Shown one piece after another: positions 38,753-47,962 of a DNA stretch of 64,000 nt. Both the position numbers and the translations under genes were made by a program. Below the pieces are notes generated by a model. It did no database searches. It had not been told where the DNA came from and was given only the letters and a program-made list of their open reading frames with translations. Positions within the stretch are counted from its first letter, which is position 1; each line of letters starts with the position of its first letter. Where the stretch lies: the sequence record NC_042013.1, one strand, 5' to 3'.

Positions 38753-40426
38753 TTATCTCCACTTGTTAACAATAGGATAGCGTCTATCCTTATTAAACAA
38801 ATGATTGGAGATTCGTGTGCCAATTGCTGTTTGTCGACGTTTGCCTTCAGCGCTGTAAATGAGATTGTTGATACGAACAACAACGTCCCTATCATTTCCC
38901 AATGCAACAACCTCATCAACCGATTTATTTCGATCAATTAGATTACGAAGGATTTCGTCCAACACCGGATAAGGAGGTAGCGAATCCTCATCCTTTTGAT
39001 CTGGCCTAAGTTCAGCCGATGGTGGTTTGCTGATAATAGATTCAGGAATAATTTCAATATCACCTTTACCCAAAAATCCAAGACCATCAACCTCGGTTTG
39101 TGTAATAGAATTCCTCCATCGTGCTACCTCAAACAAATATGATTTGTAATAATCTTGAATAGGATTATATGCACCACAAGAATCACCATAAAGAGTAAAA
39201 TACCCAACGCTCGTTTCAGAACGATTTCCTGTAGTAAGAACCATAGACCCTTCTTGGTTACTAATACTCATTAGAATTACACCGCGAGCACGCGCTTGAA
39301 TATTTTCATCAGCAGTCCCGGTCAAACTGGTTTTTAGTAGTTCAACGTTTTCTGCCTCATACGTTTCGTCATAAACACGTGTCCAACGATATGCTGCTCG
39401 TAGTGATTCTACAACCGGCTCGATATCAATCATCCTGAATGGTGCACAAAGACGCTTTGCCCCCTCAAGGGCGTCCGATTTAGAATGCTCAGATGAGTAT
39501 CCAGATGGGAGAGAAACCAATGTCACATTTTCCGGCCCAAAAGCGTCAACCGCCATTGCAGCAACAATACCGGAATCTACGCCACCAGAATAACCAAGAA
39601 CTGCTTTTTTAACACCTTGTTTGTGAAAAAAGTCTCGTAGGCCGAGAACGGATGCTTGGTAATTAGTTTGACGATCATCAACATCAGGGAATGGGTTGTT
39701 ATTGTCAAAATCTAAAACAAAAGAACCCTCGGCAAAAAGAGGCGTATGATCACGAACGCAACCATCATACAAAAATGATCCCCCGTCAAAAACGATATGA
39801 TCTTGACCTCCTACAATTGTCGCATACACAATTGGAATTCCGGTTTCATCAAATCTTTTTTTACAGACGTCCACTCTAACAGAAACTTTATCCTGCTCAT
39901 ATGGTGATCCATTGATTGAAACAATCAATGTCGCCCCTTGGCGTTTGTGTTCTGCAATTACGTCAGGATGCCACGTATCCTCACATACCACAATGCCTAC
40001 TTTTTCATTACCAATAGAAATAGTTCGAATGTCTTTCAGTTCGCCGCGCTTAAACGTCCTAATTTCATCAAATACGTAACCATTCGCCCGCATATGCTTT
40101 CTATTCATAACCAAAATAGACCCATTATGTGAGGCAACACCTACGTTGTATGCACCAACTTGGGCTTTTTCAATAGAACCAAAAATAATGGGTGTTTTCA
40201 AATGTGCGGTTTCGCGAACAAAACGCGCCGTTTCTTTCTCGGCAGCGTCTACAAAATCTTGCCTAAAAAGCAAATCTTCTGGAAGATAACCAACGGTGGC
40301 GCATTCACCAAATACGATCAGGTCAGACTTACCGTCAGCAGATGCCGCCAATGAAATCATGTTGTTTACGTTATTAACAATATCACCAACTACAGGATTA
40401 AAGTTGATCGTCGTTATCTTCATCAT
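38753..40426 (-). CDS. nadE: Glutamine-dependent NAD+ synthetase
   Basis: Nitrilase triad E(FGEC)-K(RKHM)-C(VCEDTW); SGGVDS, ENIQARARG, TGNRSE, PSAELRPDQKDED. Confidence 0.93.
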   Translation of the reverse strand: MMKITTINFNPVVGDIVNNVNNMISLAASADGKSDLIVFGECATVGYLPEDLLFRQDFVDAAEKETARFVRETAHLKTPIIFGSIEKAQVGAYNVGVASHNGSILVMNRKHMRANGYVFDEIRTFKRGELKDIRTISIGNEKVGIVVCEDTWHPDVIAEHKRQGATLIVSINGSPYEQDKVSVRVDVCKKRFDETGIPIVYATIVGGQDHIVFDGGSFLYDGCVRDHTPLFAEGSFVLDFDNNNPFPDVDDRQTNYQASVLGLRDFFHKQGVKKAVLGYSGGVDSGIVAAMAVDAFGPENVTLVSLPSGYSSEHSKSDALEGAKRLCAPFRMIDIEPVVESLRAAYRWTRVYDETYEAENVELLKTSLTGTADENIQARARGVILMSISNQEGSMVLTTGNRSETSVGYFTLYGDSCGAYNPIQDYYKSYLFEVARWRNSITQTEVDGLGFLGKGDIEIIPESIISKPPSAELRPDQKDEDSLPPYPVLDEILRNLIDRNKSVDEVVALGNDRDVVVRINNLIYSAEGKRRQTAIGTRISNHLFNKDRRYPIVNKWR

Positions 40427-40853
40427 TACGTCCTTCCATTAACACGTCCATTAAGGCGATATCCTCAATACCTAGAGCTTTTATATCATCAATATTAAGT
40501 TTGCGCAATGCGTGGCTTTTTCGTTTTATTAACATTTCATCAACATAAGTGTCGATAGGGTCAATCGTAATCGTTAATTTCACTTCGCCATAGTAAATAG
40601 GCGTGAATTTAAGACTATGAGAAGCCAAGCTATCTCTGACCACCCGCTCCTTTTTCAAAACCTCACTCTCAGTAATAGTTGTTGCCTCATTAACGCTTTC
40701 AACAACACGCGCTGAGTAATACGACACAGCTAATGGGCATAAAAATTTTCCATCTTTTCTTGGAAGAAAATCAACATCGACGTGATCTACGTTTAACTTG
40801 TAGAGTTCGTCTTCGTCCAATAAAATATATAAGATTTTTTTACTTACTTCCAT
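40398..40853 (-). CDS. Hypothetical protein with C-terminal ALRKLNIDDIKALG tag
   Basis: Overlapping run of four genes. Confidence 0.7.
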   Translation of the reverse strand: MEVSKKILYILLDEDELYKLNVDHVDVDFLPRKDGKFLCPLAVSYYSARVVESVNEATTITESEVLKKERVVRDSLASHSLKFTPIYYGEVKLTITIDPIDTYVDEMLIKRKSHALRKLNIDDIKALGIEDIALMDVLMEGRNDEDNDDQL

Positions 40854-41316
40854 TTTTTGACAACTCCCTTGCTAATTTAAGATCGTCTATCCCAAGTATT
40901 GAACATTCAGTTATAGTCAAACCATCTAATAGCATATTACGCATTGGCTCGTGAATTTGATGAGAAATATCTACATAATCATTCGGGCGGTCATGAAACC
41001 ACGTTACATATTGCAACATAATTTTTTCTACCTCAAATGATCGATTAATTCTCCGAGAAATTTTCAAAAAAACTTCAGGGCTGTCAAATTTTGTATAACG
41101 TCCAAACCCCGGATATAATAAACATTTAACATCACCACCAGCGGTAAGTATCGGAAATAATGTTATCATTTCCTCACCGTTTTCCTCAAAACGATATAGC
41201 TTACGACCAGTATCTGATATTAATTGTGTGTCATCACCTAGATTTAGATGCTTTGTATCTTCAGGCTTCACATTAATAATGTAAATATTTTCGGAATATT
41301 CTTTATAACGTCTCAT
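40840..41316 (-). CDS. Hypothetical protein with C-terminal LDGLTITECSILG tag
   Basis: ATGA overlap. Confidence 0.7.
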   Translation of the reverse strand: MRRYKEYSENIYIINVKPEDTKHLNLGDDTQLISDTGRKLYRFEENGEEMITLFPILTAGGDVKCLLYPGFGRYTKFDSPEVFLKISRRINRSFEVEKIMLQYVTWFHDRPNDYVDISHQIHEPMRNMLLDGLTITECSILGIDDLKLARELSKNGSK

Positions 41317-41780
41317 TTTTTACTCAATTCTCTGGCTAGTTTCAAATCCTCAAGTCCAAGTAACTTACTATCGTATATCGTCAAACCGTCAATAATTGTG
41401 TTTTTTCGATAATCATCAATATCTCCATATGCATCATCAACAGAAATATTAAAATTAAAAAAGCCAACCCCTATTTCAAAGTCTTCGTTTCGAAGGTGAC
41501 TTTTTATTAACCTATGTGCGGATGTAACATATTCAGAAAGTTCTTCGTTATTAATTTTTTCAGATACAGATGAATCATTCCAACTATGGCTTACATAAAC
41601 CCGTGTTTCGGAGGTATCAGGTTTCAAAAAAATTATGTAAAATTTTTCTGTACCAATCATAGTACTCAAATGATTGGCTTGTTGTTTTGTAATGGCCTCG
41701 ATATACTTTTCTGGAATCTTAGCATAAATGTATTTCTTTCGATGGGTGATTTTCATGTTAGTTGTCTCCAGAAATAGCAT
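41313..41780 (-). CDS. Hypothetical protein with C-terminal IDGLTIYDSKLLG tag
   Basis: Overlapping run. Confidence 0.7.
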   Translation of the reverse strand: MLFLETTNMKITHRKKYIYAKIPEKYIEAITKQQANHLSTMIGTEKFYIIFLKPDTSETRVYVSHSWNDSSVSEKINNEELSEYVTSAHRLIKSHLRNEDFEIGVGFFNFNISVDDAYGDIDDYRKNTIIDGLTIYDSKLLGLEDLKLARELSKK

Positions 41781-42252
41781 ATTTCAACTTATGACTAACA
41801 ATTCCGAGTAGCTCACATTCTTCGACCGTCAATTTTGAAACGGCGTGACGAATTGTTTCTTCCTCAATGGTGTCAGTAATAACCGTAATTTTTGGGGTAT
41901 ATTCTATCCACATTAATTCTACTTTATACGGTTTTGTATAAGGTACGTACTCATCTTCTTTTTCAAATGAAATATTTTTTTCAATGAAGTCAGTTATTTC
42001 AACTTTCATTCTACCCAATTCTTCGTCGGTAAAATCTTCGTGTAGGTAGCAAACCTCGGGGGATTCACTCAATAAAAATGAATCTTCATTAACTTTAATA
42101 AAGCAAATATATTCTGTGTTATCACTAGTCATATATAAATTAAAATCGTCAAATGGCTCGTGTTCCCAACATTCCCCTGCGAAACTCGCTCCAACCAACA
42201 ATGACACGCCAAAACATTTGAAATTAATAGGGTTATGACTATATTTTTCCAT
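41758..42252 (-). CDS. Hypothetical protein with C-terminal VSKLTVEECELLG tag
   Basis: First gene of run, behind a sigma70 promoter. Confidence 0.7.
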   Translation of the reverse strand: MEKYSHNPINFKCFGVSLLVGASFAGECWEHEPFDDFNLYMTSDNTEYICFIKVNEDSFLLSESPEVCYLHEDFTDEELGRMKVEITDFIEKNISFEKEDEYVPYTKPYKVELMWIEYTPKITVITDTIEEETIRHAVSKLTVEECELLGIVSHKLKYAISGDN

Positions 42253-42255
42253 GAA

Positions 42256-42310
42256 AAAACTCCGTACCTTTGGAATACGGAGTTTTATAATATTGTACGG
42301 GTTATGTCAA
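42256..42310 (-). promoter_or_regulatory. Sigma70 promoter overlapping terminator/RBS hairpin
   Basis: TTGACA-N17-TAAAAC; stem AAAACTCCGTA/TACGGAGTTTT carries GGAG SD. Confidence 0.65.
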
Positions 42311-42319
42311 GTAGGTAGA

Positions 42320-43693
42320 TTATAGGAAAATTCTCCAGTATCCCGGTGGGTATTTTTTGTTAACAGCATATTCCCAAACACCCTTTACAAACTTGTATTG
42401 TATACCAGACTGCAAGTTTAGAATGAATTGAACGTTTTCTTCCTCTGATGCATCAAATATCTTAACCCATTTTGTTCCATCAAACACAATGATATCATTT
42501 GCGTCTGCGGTCAAATCTCCCCAAATGTTACTCGGACGGATTTCACCAACAATGATATATCTATCACCCAAGGTCGGCAATGGTAGACCAGTTCCGAGAT
42601 ATGTTTTATTTGGATCGATGACTCCTTTAACATTAGGTAGGGTATTAGAAGGCAATGACATAGGATCAACTGCCCACGAAATTTTGTTAGGTTCATTTGG
42701 ATCAAGTTCAAACGTACCAACGATATCCGTTTCAAAATCCTCAATAAATTCTGATGTTTTAAGTCGTATTTGTGAAATACCCGGTCGTAACGTACCATAA
42801 TCTTCAATTAAAGCATTCCAGTCATGCAACAAACCGCCGTCAGTTTTCAAGCTACCATATGCACCAAGAAGCGTAATTTTACTATTATCAACAGAGATAA
42901 GGTGATTGCCGGGGGTTACAATGATTCTGCTTAATAAATCAGATTCAGACCAATACATTGCCGCCGTCTGTGGATCACTGTTTTCTCTAACAAGAGCCTC
43001 ATCCATATGATTAATATTAGTGACAATTTGCTCAATAATATTATATTTCATAATCTTAGCAGGCGGATTAATCCAAATAGGAACATTGAATGTTAGAACA
43101 GATGAATCGACGGTTGTTGTAGTATCACCGATAGGGATTGATCTTGAAGACCAAAGGGTGTCTGTTAATTCAACAATAGTCAATGATGACCAATCAACCG
43201 CGTTTGTATTGGATTGAATGTCGATAGATGGATTGAAAAGAACCAACAACTGTTCCATAATCTGATGCTTTTGATTATCGTTTGTTGTCCATATTTCAAC
43301 TTTCATAGTCATGTCGTATGCAACTGGCATAAAACGTTTGGCAGAATATGTAGCACCGCGTGTTTTAAGATACGAATTATTCATCGCATCATATTCACGT
43401 TCCACTATATCAACCTGATCGATATGATTAGGGGTCTGACGCCTATTTGGACTTACTGACAAATTATCAATATAGGCCGTTATTTGGGGGAACGACACTG
43501 CGGTGTTAGACGAGTTGTTACTTAAGATAGCACCTACAAGTGCATCTTTCAAAGCAAATTTTGCCGGTATCTTTTTCAAAACCGGATTACCGTCAGAATC
43601 GTTTCTAACAGAATAATGGATACTTTGAAAAATACGCAAGAATTGCAACATATAGTTACGTATTTGACCATCATAAAAATAATCTAATGCCAT
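42320..43693 (-). CDS. gp15: Tail terminator / sheath stabiliser with C-terminal extension
   Basis: YFYDGQIRNYMLQF, MPVAYDMTMKVEIWT, QIMEQLLVLFNPS, LTFNVPIWI. Confidence 0.8.
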   Translation of the reverse strand: MALDYFYDGQIRNYMLQFLRIFQSIHYSVRNDSDGNPVLKKIPAKFALKDALVGAILSNNSSNTAVSFPQITAYIDNLSVSPNRRQTPNHIDQVDIVEREYDAMNNSYLKTRGATYSAKRFMPVAYDMTMKVEIWTTNDNQKHQIMEQLLVLFNPSIDIQSNTNAVDWSSLTIVELTDTLWSSRSIPIGDTTTTVDSSVLTFNVPIWINPPAKIMKYNIIEQIVTNINHMDEALVRENSDPQTAAMYWSESDLLSRIIVTPGNHLISVDNSKITLLGAYGSLKTDGGLLHDWNALIEDYGTLRPGISQIRLKTSEFIEDFETDIVGTFELDPNEPNKISWAVDPMSLPSNTLPNVKGVIDPNKTYLGTGLPLPTLGDRYIIVGEIRPSNIWGDLTADANDIIVFDGTKWVKIFDASEEENVQFILNLQSGIQYKFVKGVWEYAVNKKYPPGYWRIFL

Positions 43694-44142
43694 TAGAAAT
43701 TAAGCTTTCCTGTTTCAAATAATTTAGCTTCAGATTCACGACGACGAACAAGACCGGCCATTACTTTACCGTTTGCCTTGTTCCATCGTCTGATTTGATC
43801 TGGAACAAGTTTATAATTACCCGCATTTAGTTGTGTCAAAAGCGTACTATTTGCAAAATTAGTAGGTCCAAGATTATAAACAAATGAAACCAATGCATCA
43901 AACTGTGATTGCGTCAATTTTACTTTAACAAGTCTATCTATATCTTTTTCAAATTTTGCAACGTCTGCACGCAACATGGATTCAGCTTGCGATTCGGTTA
44001 TTTTCATTCCTTGCTTTACGCCTGCGGTTGAACCATATCCGATAGTCCACGGGGTACTACCGGTTGCTGGATCGGGATAAGCTGTTAGTTTCAACCCTTC
44101 GTAGTGTTTGATAAGATCAAACCCTGCTTTACTAGTTTTCAT
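43693..44142 (-). CDS. GH24 lysozyme/endolysin
   Basis: E-G-L-x-L-x-A-Y-x-D, WTIGYG, QFDALVSFVYNLG, GLVRRRESE. Confidence 0.92.
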   Translation of the reverse strand: MKTSKAGFDLIKHYEGLKLTAYPDPATGSTPWTIGYGSTAGVKQGMKITESQAESMLRADVAKFEKDIDRLVKVKLTQSQFDALVSFVYNLGPTNFANSTLLTQLNAGNYKLVPDQIRRWNKANGKVMAGLVRRRESEAKLFETGKLNF

Positions 44143-44173
44143 AATAGTTCTCCAATTTATACTATTATTTAAC
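44141..44173 (-). promoter_or_regulatory. Late promoter in start-codon-sequestering hairpin (lysozyme)
   Basis: GTTAAATA overlaps ATAATAGT, which pairs with ACTATTAT(G); SD GGAG in loop. Confidence 0.65.
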
Positions 44174-45278
44174 TTTCATCAGGCTTTTTATAAGCTGCGA
44201 CTTTGGAAATAGCTTGTTTAGATTTTACAATCTTTCCATCAATTTCAACTTCACAGTCGTTATTAATAAACTTTTCAAGCAATCTATGTGCCGATACCCA
44301 TACAGGACGCATATCCGCCTCGAGACGACGCCATACTGGCCCGACTCGCTTGTAAAGAACGTGTGGGGTAAAATCGGTTCGTAAGAACCATGATCCTTCT
44401 GGAGGAAAGTTAGGAAACACAGAACCAGAACCTAACAACTCTGCACCATTTGGCGGAATTCCGTCTGCCGAGAATACGCTTGGTATTTGCGATGTAAATT
44501 CGTCGCCGGGTACAATATAGAATTGCTGAGTTTCAAAATTTCTACGATCAACATTCGCAGCCGCTGCTGCTTCCAACTCATCACTAATTTTGATATTGTT
44601 GTTATAATCGCTAATGATATCTCCAAGCGTAGGGCCATCACCACCATCTGTACCCTCTACAGGGTCACCATTACCATCCAGAATCGGTTGATCAAGGATA
44701 TCCTCATATTCATCGCTTGCAGTAATTGGCTTCGCTTTAACACGATACAGATGTGGAAACCACGTTGGTGAAAAACCTTCAGCAGGTCGGGTGATTTCAG
44801 TTATGACATAATACTTATTAACGGCTGGCATATTTTCGCCAAGAAGAGCATCGTCACGCAAATGTGGTAATTCCATAACATCTCCCGCCATTAATTTTCT
44901 ACCCAAACGGCGAATAGAATCATTAATATGAAATGTCATAAAAATAGTATCGGCCTCAAGATATACCGCAAATTGACTAAGGGTGAATTCCATATCTTGT
45001 ACGTTATGAACACCAAGTAATTCATAAATGTGCTTGTCATATTTTCTATCACGGTTTTCAAGAAACAAAATATCTTGAATAAAGGTAGGATCAAGACCAT
45101 CATTTTGAGGTAATGTAGGATCAGAGCCATCGCCGCCCACAGCGCCTAGATACTTATGCAAATACACGCTTGTAGCGCCCATAGCAAACATTTCACTAAT
45201 GGTATTATCAAAGAAATTATAATCATTCTTTTTACGTGGATTCCACAAGGACATATGCGTCATATTACAAAACCTCAT
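44169..45278 (-). CDS. gp14: Neck protein (gp14-like)
   Basis: IQDILFLENRDRKYD, FTLSQFAVYL, FMTFHIND, GDVMELPHL, WFPHLYRVKA. Confidence 0.75.
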   Translation of the reverse strand: MRFCNMTHMSLWNPRKKNDYNFFDNTISEMFAMGATSVYLHKYLGAVGGDGSDPTLPQNDGLDPTFIQDILFLENRDRKYDKHIYELLGVHNVQDMEFTLSQFAVYLEADTIFMTFHINDSIRRLGRKLMAGDVMELPHLRDDALLGENMPAVNKYYVITEITRPAEGFSPTWFPHLYRVKAKPITASDEYEDILDQPILDGNGDPVEGTDGGDGPTLGDIISDYNNNIKISDELEAAAAANVDRRNFETQQFYIVPGDEFTSQIPSVFSADGIPPNGAELLGSGSVFPNFPPEGSWFLRTDFTPHVLYKRVGPVWRRLEADMRPVWVSAHRLLEKFINNDCEVEIDGKIVKSKQAISKVAAYKKPDES

Positions 45279-45331
45279 TTGTATTCATAGATATTTACCG
45301 TTAAATACATTAGATTGTTTGGAGAAATTTT

Positions 45332-46102
45332 ATGTCTATTCCTGCACCGATTACATCCCAAAGTTTACGTGCTAAACTTACAAAAGAAATACGTTTGATG
45401 CTTGGCGGAAACATTATCGATCTGGAATTAACTCCTGATCATTATGAATTTGCTATTGATTCTGCTATTGACAGATACCGTCAGCGAAGTTCAAATAGTG
45501 CAGAAGATCGTGCCGCTTTTCTTGAGCTTCAACCTGAACAAACGGAATATATTCTACCATCAGAAATCATAGGGGTTAAACAAATTTATCGCCAAGGAAC
45601 GACCGGTGTTGCGTCTGGAACAGGGGCTGCGTTTGATCCATTTGGTGCAGCATTTATCAACCAAACCGCCGTTGGTCTTTCAGGTGGTACTGGTAGCCTA
45701 TTAACATATGAATTATATTCAGATTTTCTTGATACCGTAGGTAAAATGTTTGGTTATTGGGTTAATTTTACATTCAATCCACAAAATCATCGTTTGACTA
45801 TCATTAGAAATATTCGTGGTAAAGAAACGGTTTTGCTCCAAGTTTATATGTTAAAACCTGAAGAAATGCTATTAACAGATATCTATTCCAAACCGTGGAT
45901 TCGTGATTATGCTATTGCCAAGTGTAAAGTAATGATTGGCGAGGCACGTGGTAAATTTTCGACTATCGTTGGTCCACAAGGCGGTTCAACGCTTAATGGT
46001 CCTGAAATGAAAGCTGAAGGTTTGGCTGAAATGGAACGCCTTGAACAAGAAATTCTTAAACAAATCGACCAAGATACTGGTTGGGGTTTCGTTATTGGCT
46101 AA
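45332..46102 (+). CDS. gp13: Neck protein (gp13-like)
   Basis: LMLGGNIIDLELTPDH, PWIRDYAIAKCK, GEARGKF, TLNG. Confidence 0.85.
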   Translation: MSIPAPITSQSLRAKLTKEIRLMLGGNIIDLELTPDHYEFAIDSAIDRYRQRSSNSAEDRAAFLELQPEQTEYILPSEIIGVKQIYRQGTTGVASGTGAAFDPFGAAFINQTAVGLSGGTGSLLTYELYSDFLDTVGKMFGYWVNFTFNPQNHRLTIIRNIRGKETVLLQVYMLKPEEMLLTDIYSKPWIRDYAIAKCKVMIGEARGKFSTIVGPQGGSTLNGPEMKAEGLAEMERLEQEILKQIDQDTGWGFVIG

Positions 46103-46110
46103 TTAGCCTA

Positions 46111-46173
46111 TTGACTTTGCATAAACAACCTTTTACATTGCCTCGTATGTGAAAACAGCACGAGGCATTTTTT
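46111..46173 (+). promoter_or_regulatory. Sigma70 promoter overlapping terminator/RBS hairpin
   Basis: TTGACT-N17-TACATT; stem TGCCTCGT/ACGAGGCA plus T-run, GAGG SD in 3' arm. Confidence 0.65.
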
Positions 46174-46353
46174 ATGAGGGAATTATACAATCGATATATT
46201 GAGCGTATCATTGACGTTCTTCAAGCCGATTACCACCTTGTCAACAAGGAGGCTGTTTCTCTTTGTTCCTCACAAGAGGAATTGATTACTAATTTTTACA
46301 AATCAAGAACCTCCTATATTGAGGTTGCTCATATTCTGGTAGGAAAACAATGA
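46174..46353 (+). CDS. Small hypothetical protein (59 aa, below ORF track cutoff)
   Basis: Hand translation MRELYNRYIERIID...ILVGKQ; ATGA overlap with next gene. Confidence 0.6.
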   Translation: MRELYNRYIERIIDVLQADYHLVNKEAVSLCSSQEELITNFYKSRTSYIEVAHILVGKQ

Positions 46354-46775
46354 TTTCCAATAATGTAAAAGACTATTACGACGAGTCCTATCAGTTGATG
46401 CGGGTTCTCAAATCAAATCCAAAGTACGCGTCTTTTTTGAAAGAAAAAATTGAGGTTGCATCAAAAATCGATGGTGCGGTTTTTATGCCGGAACACCTGA
46501 TTAATCTTAATGAAGTTTTTATTGTTGGAACAATGAAAGACAGCAAATCTTTCAATGTTAACATAAAATCTGGCAGGCCACGCTTATATACTATCGACAC
46601 TAATATTCGAATTGATAATATAAATGAACTCGAAAGGCTAGAACTTAATATGATAGGCTTTTTTGTTCTTACAGGAAACGGTTTCGGGCCTTCCATATCA
46701 AAAGAAATTGCCTTTATATCAAAAAATAAAGCTATCAAATACGCAACACGTGAAATGGAGAAATTTAATGCCTAA
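46350..46775 (+). CDS. Hypothetical protein
   Basis: Coupled ORF. Confidence 0.65.
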   Translation: MISNNVKDYYDESYQLMRVLKSNPKYASFLKEKIEVASKIDGAVFMPEHLINLNEVFIVGTMKDSKSFNVNIKSGRPRLYTIDTNIRIDNINELERLELNMIGFFVLTGNGFGPSISKEIAFISKNKAIKYATREMEKFNA

Positions 46776-47187
46776 TTATCTTTATATTCTTTGTCGAAAT
46801 GACATGGCATCGATGGGGGCCGGAAAAACGATTGCACAAGGTGCTCACGTTGCCAACGATTTCATGTGGAAAGAAATCCACATTCCGTGGACAGAGAAAA
46901 AAGTTAATACTGAATTGATGGAATGGGTCGCTGAGGCTGGTGCATTCGGAACAACTATTACACTGTCCGCGAATGTAAATGAAATTAACGAATGCGTAAG
47001 ACTTGCAAAAGAATATGGTTTTATTGCTGGAATTACAGTTGATCCAGAATATCATATCAAGGACGGCGAAACGTGGCATATTGTGCCAAACGTTATTACA
47101 GGTGCTTATGTATTTGGTGACAAAGAAAAGCTCAAGGGTGTTCTTAGCAACCTTGAGCTAGTTTCGAATGAGCCTATTAGTAAGTGA
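46768..47187 (+). CDS. Pth2-family peptidyl-tRNA hydrolase-like protein
   Basis: YILCRNDMASMGAGKTIAQGAHVA, W...GTTITL; GGAG SD. Confidence 0.7.
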   Translation: MPNYLYILCRNDMASMGAGKTIAQGAHVANDFMWKEIHIPWTEKKVNTELMEWVAEAGAFGTTITLSANVNEINECVRLAKEYGFIAGITVDPEYHIKDGETWHIVPNVITGAYVFGDKEKLKGVLSNLELVSNEPISK

Positions 47188-47436
47188 TTATCTCTTTTTA
47201 AGATGAAGGCGGCTGTCTGCAAACAACAGGCGGTCGCCGTATCTTGCTCTAAAGAAAGCGCGAATATCTTTTCTAAGTGCGTCCTTTCTTACGAGATCAA
47301 TCTGCTGGCTGGCGGCAAGAACGTTTAGAACTTTTTTGATTGCGGCATCCTTGTCGGCAACTCTGCCAAGAAAGAATGCTAGGTACTTCTGCCAGTCGTT
47401 TCGCTTCAACATATTAACGATAACTGCGTGTGCCAT
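47188..47436 (-). CDS. Small basic hypothetical protein
   Basis: AAGGAG SD; stop abuts convergent gene. Confidence 0.65.
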   Translation of the reverse strand: MAHAVIVNMLKRNDWQKYLAFFLGRVADKDAAIKKVLNVLAASQQIDLVRKDALRKDIRAFFRARYGDRLLFADSRLHLKKR

Positions 47437-47560
47437 ATTCGCGGCTCCTTTCTTTCTATAGATATAATACCGGATAATTTAAAAATGTCAACTCTTTTTT
47501 ATGGTATTGACATTATTGCGTTTTATTGTATTATCTCTTGAAATTTAACAGGAGAACATT

Positions 47561-47959
47561 GTGGCGATTTATAAATTCTTTAGAGAGATATGGGACACCA
47601 GTAGTGATTATGGTGGATTTTGGGAATCCGACTATTTTTCCGAAAAATATTTTGATACAACTGAAGATGAAATAATCGCTTATACAAAGAAGGAAAATGA
47701 TCGTATCGTTCTTAAGAGAACGAATGAATTAGTAGAAGCCATTGACGTCCTCAAATCATCAGATAAAGATAATCTGACTATTGAAAATGAAATTAAAAAA
47801 CTATTAAAAGAGTTGATCCATATTGAATACACGCCGTTCGAAAAAATGGACAGCTTTGGCTGGAAAACAGTAATGAAAGAACAATTTGTATACGAGAAGT
47901 TGGAAGTTTTCACTCTCGAAAGACGTAGGGACAATAATTTCCATTCAAAAAAGGTATGA
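47561..47959 (+). CDS. Early hypothetical protein
   Basis: TTGACA-N16-TATTAT and CAGGAG upstream. Confidence 0.7.
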   Translation: MAIYKFFREIWDTSSDYGGFWESDYFSEKYFDTTEDEIIAYTKKENDRIVLKRTNELVEAIDVLKSSDKDNLTIENEIKKLLKELIHIEYTPFEKMDSFGWKTVMKEQFVYEKLEVFTLERRRDNNFHSKKV

Positions 47960-47962
47960 TTA

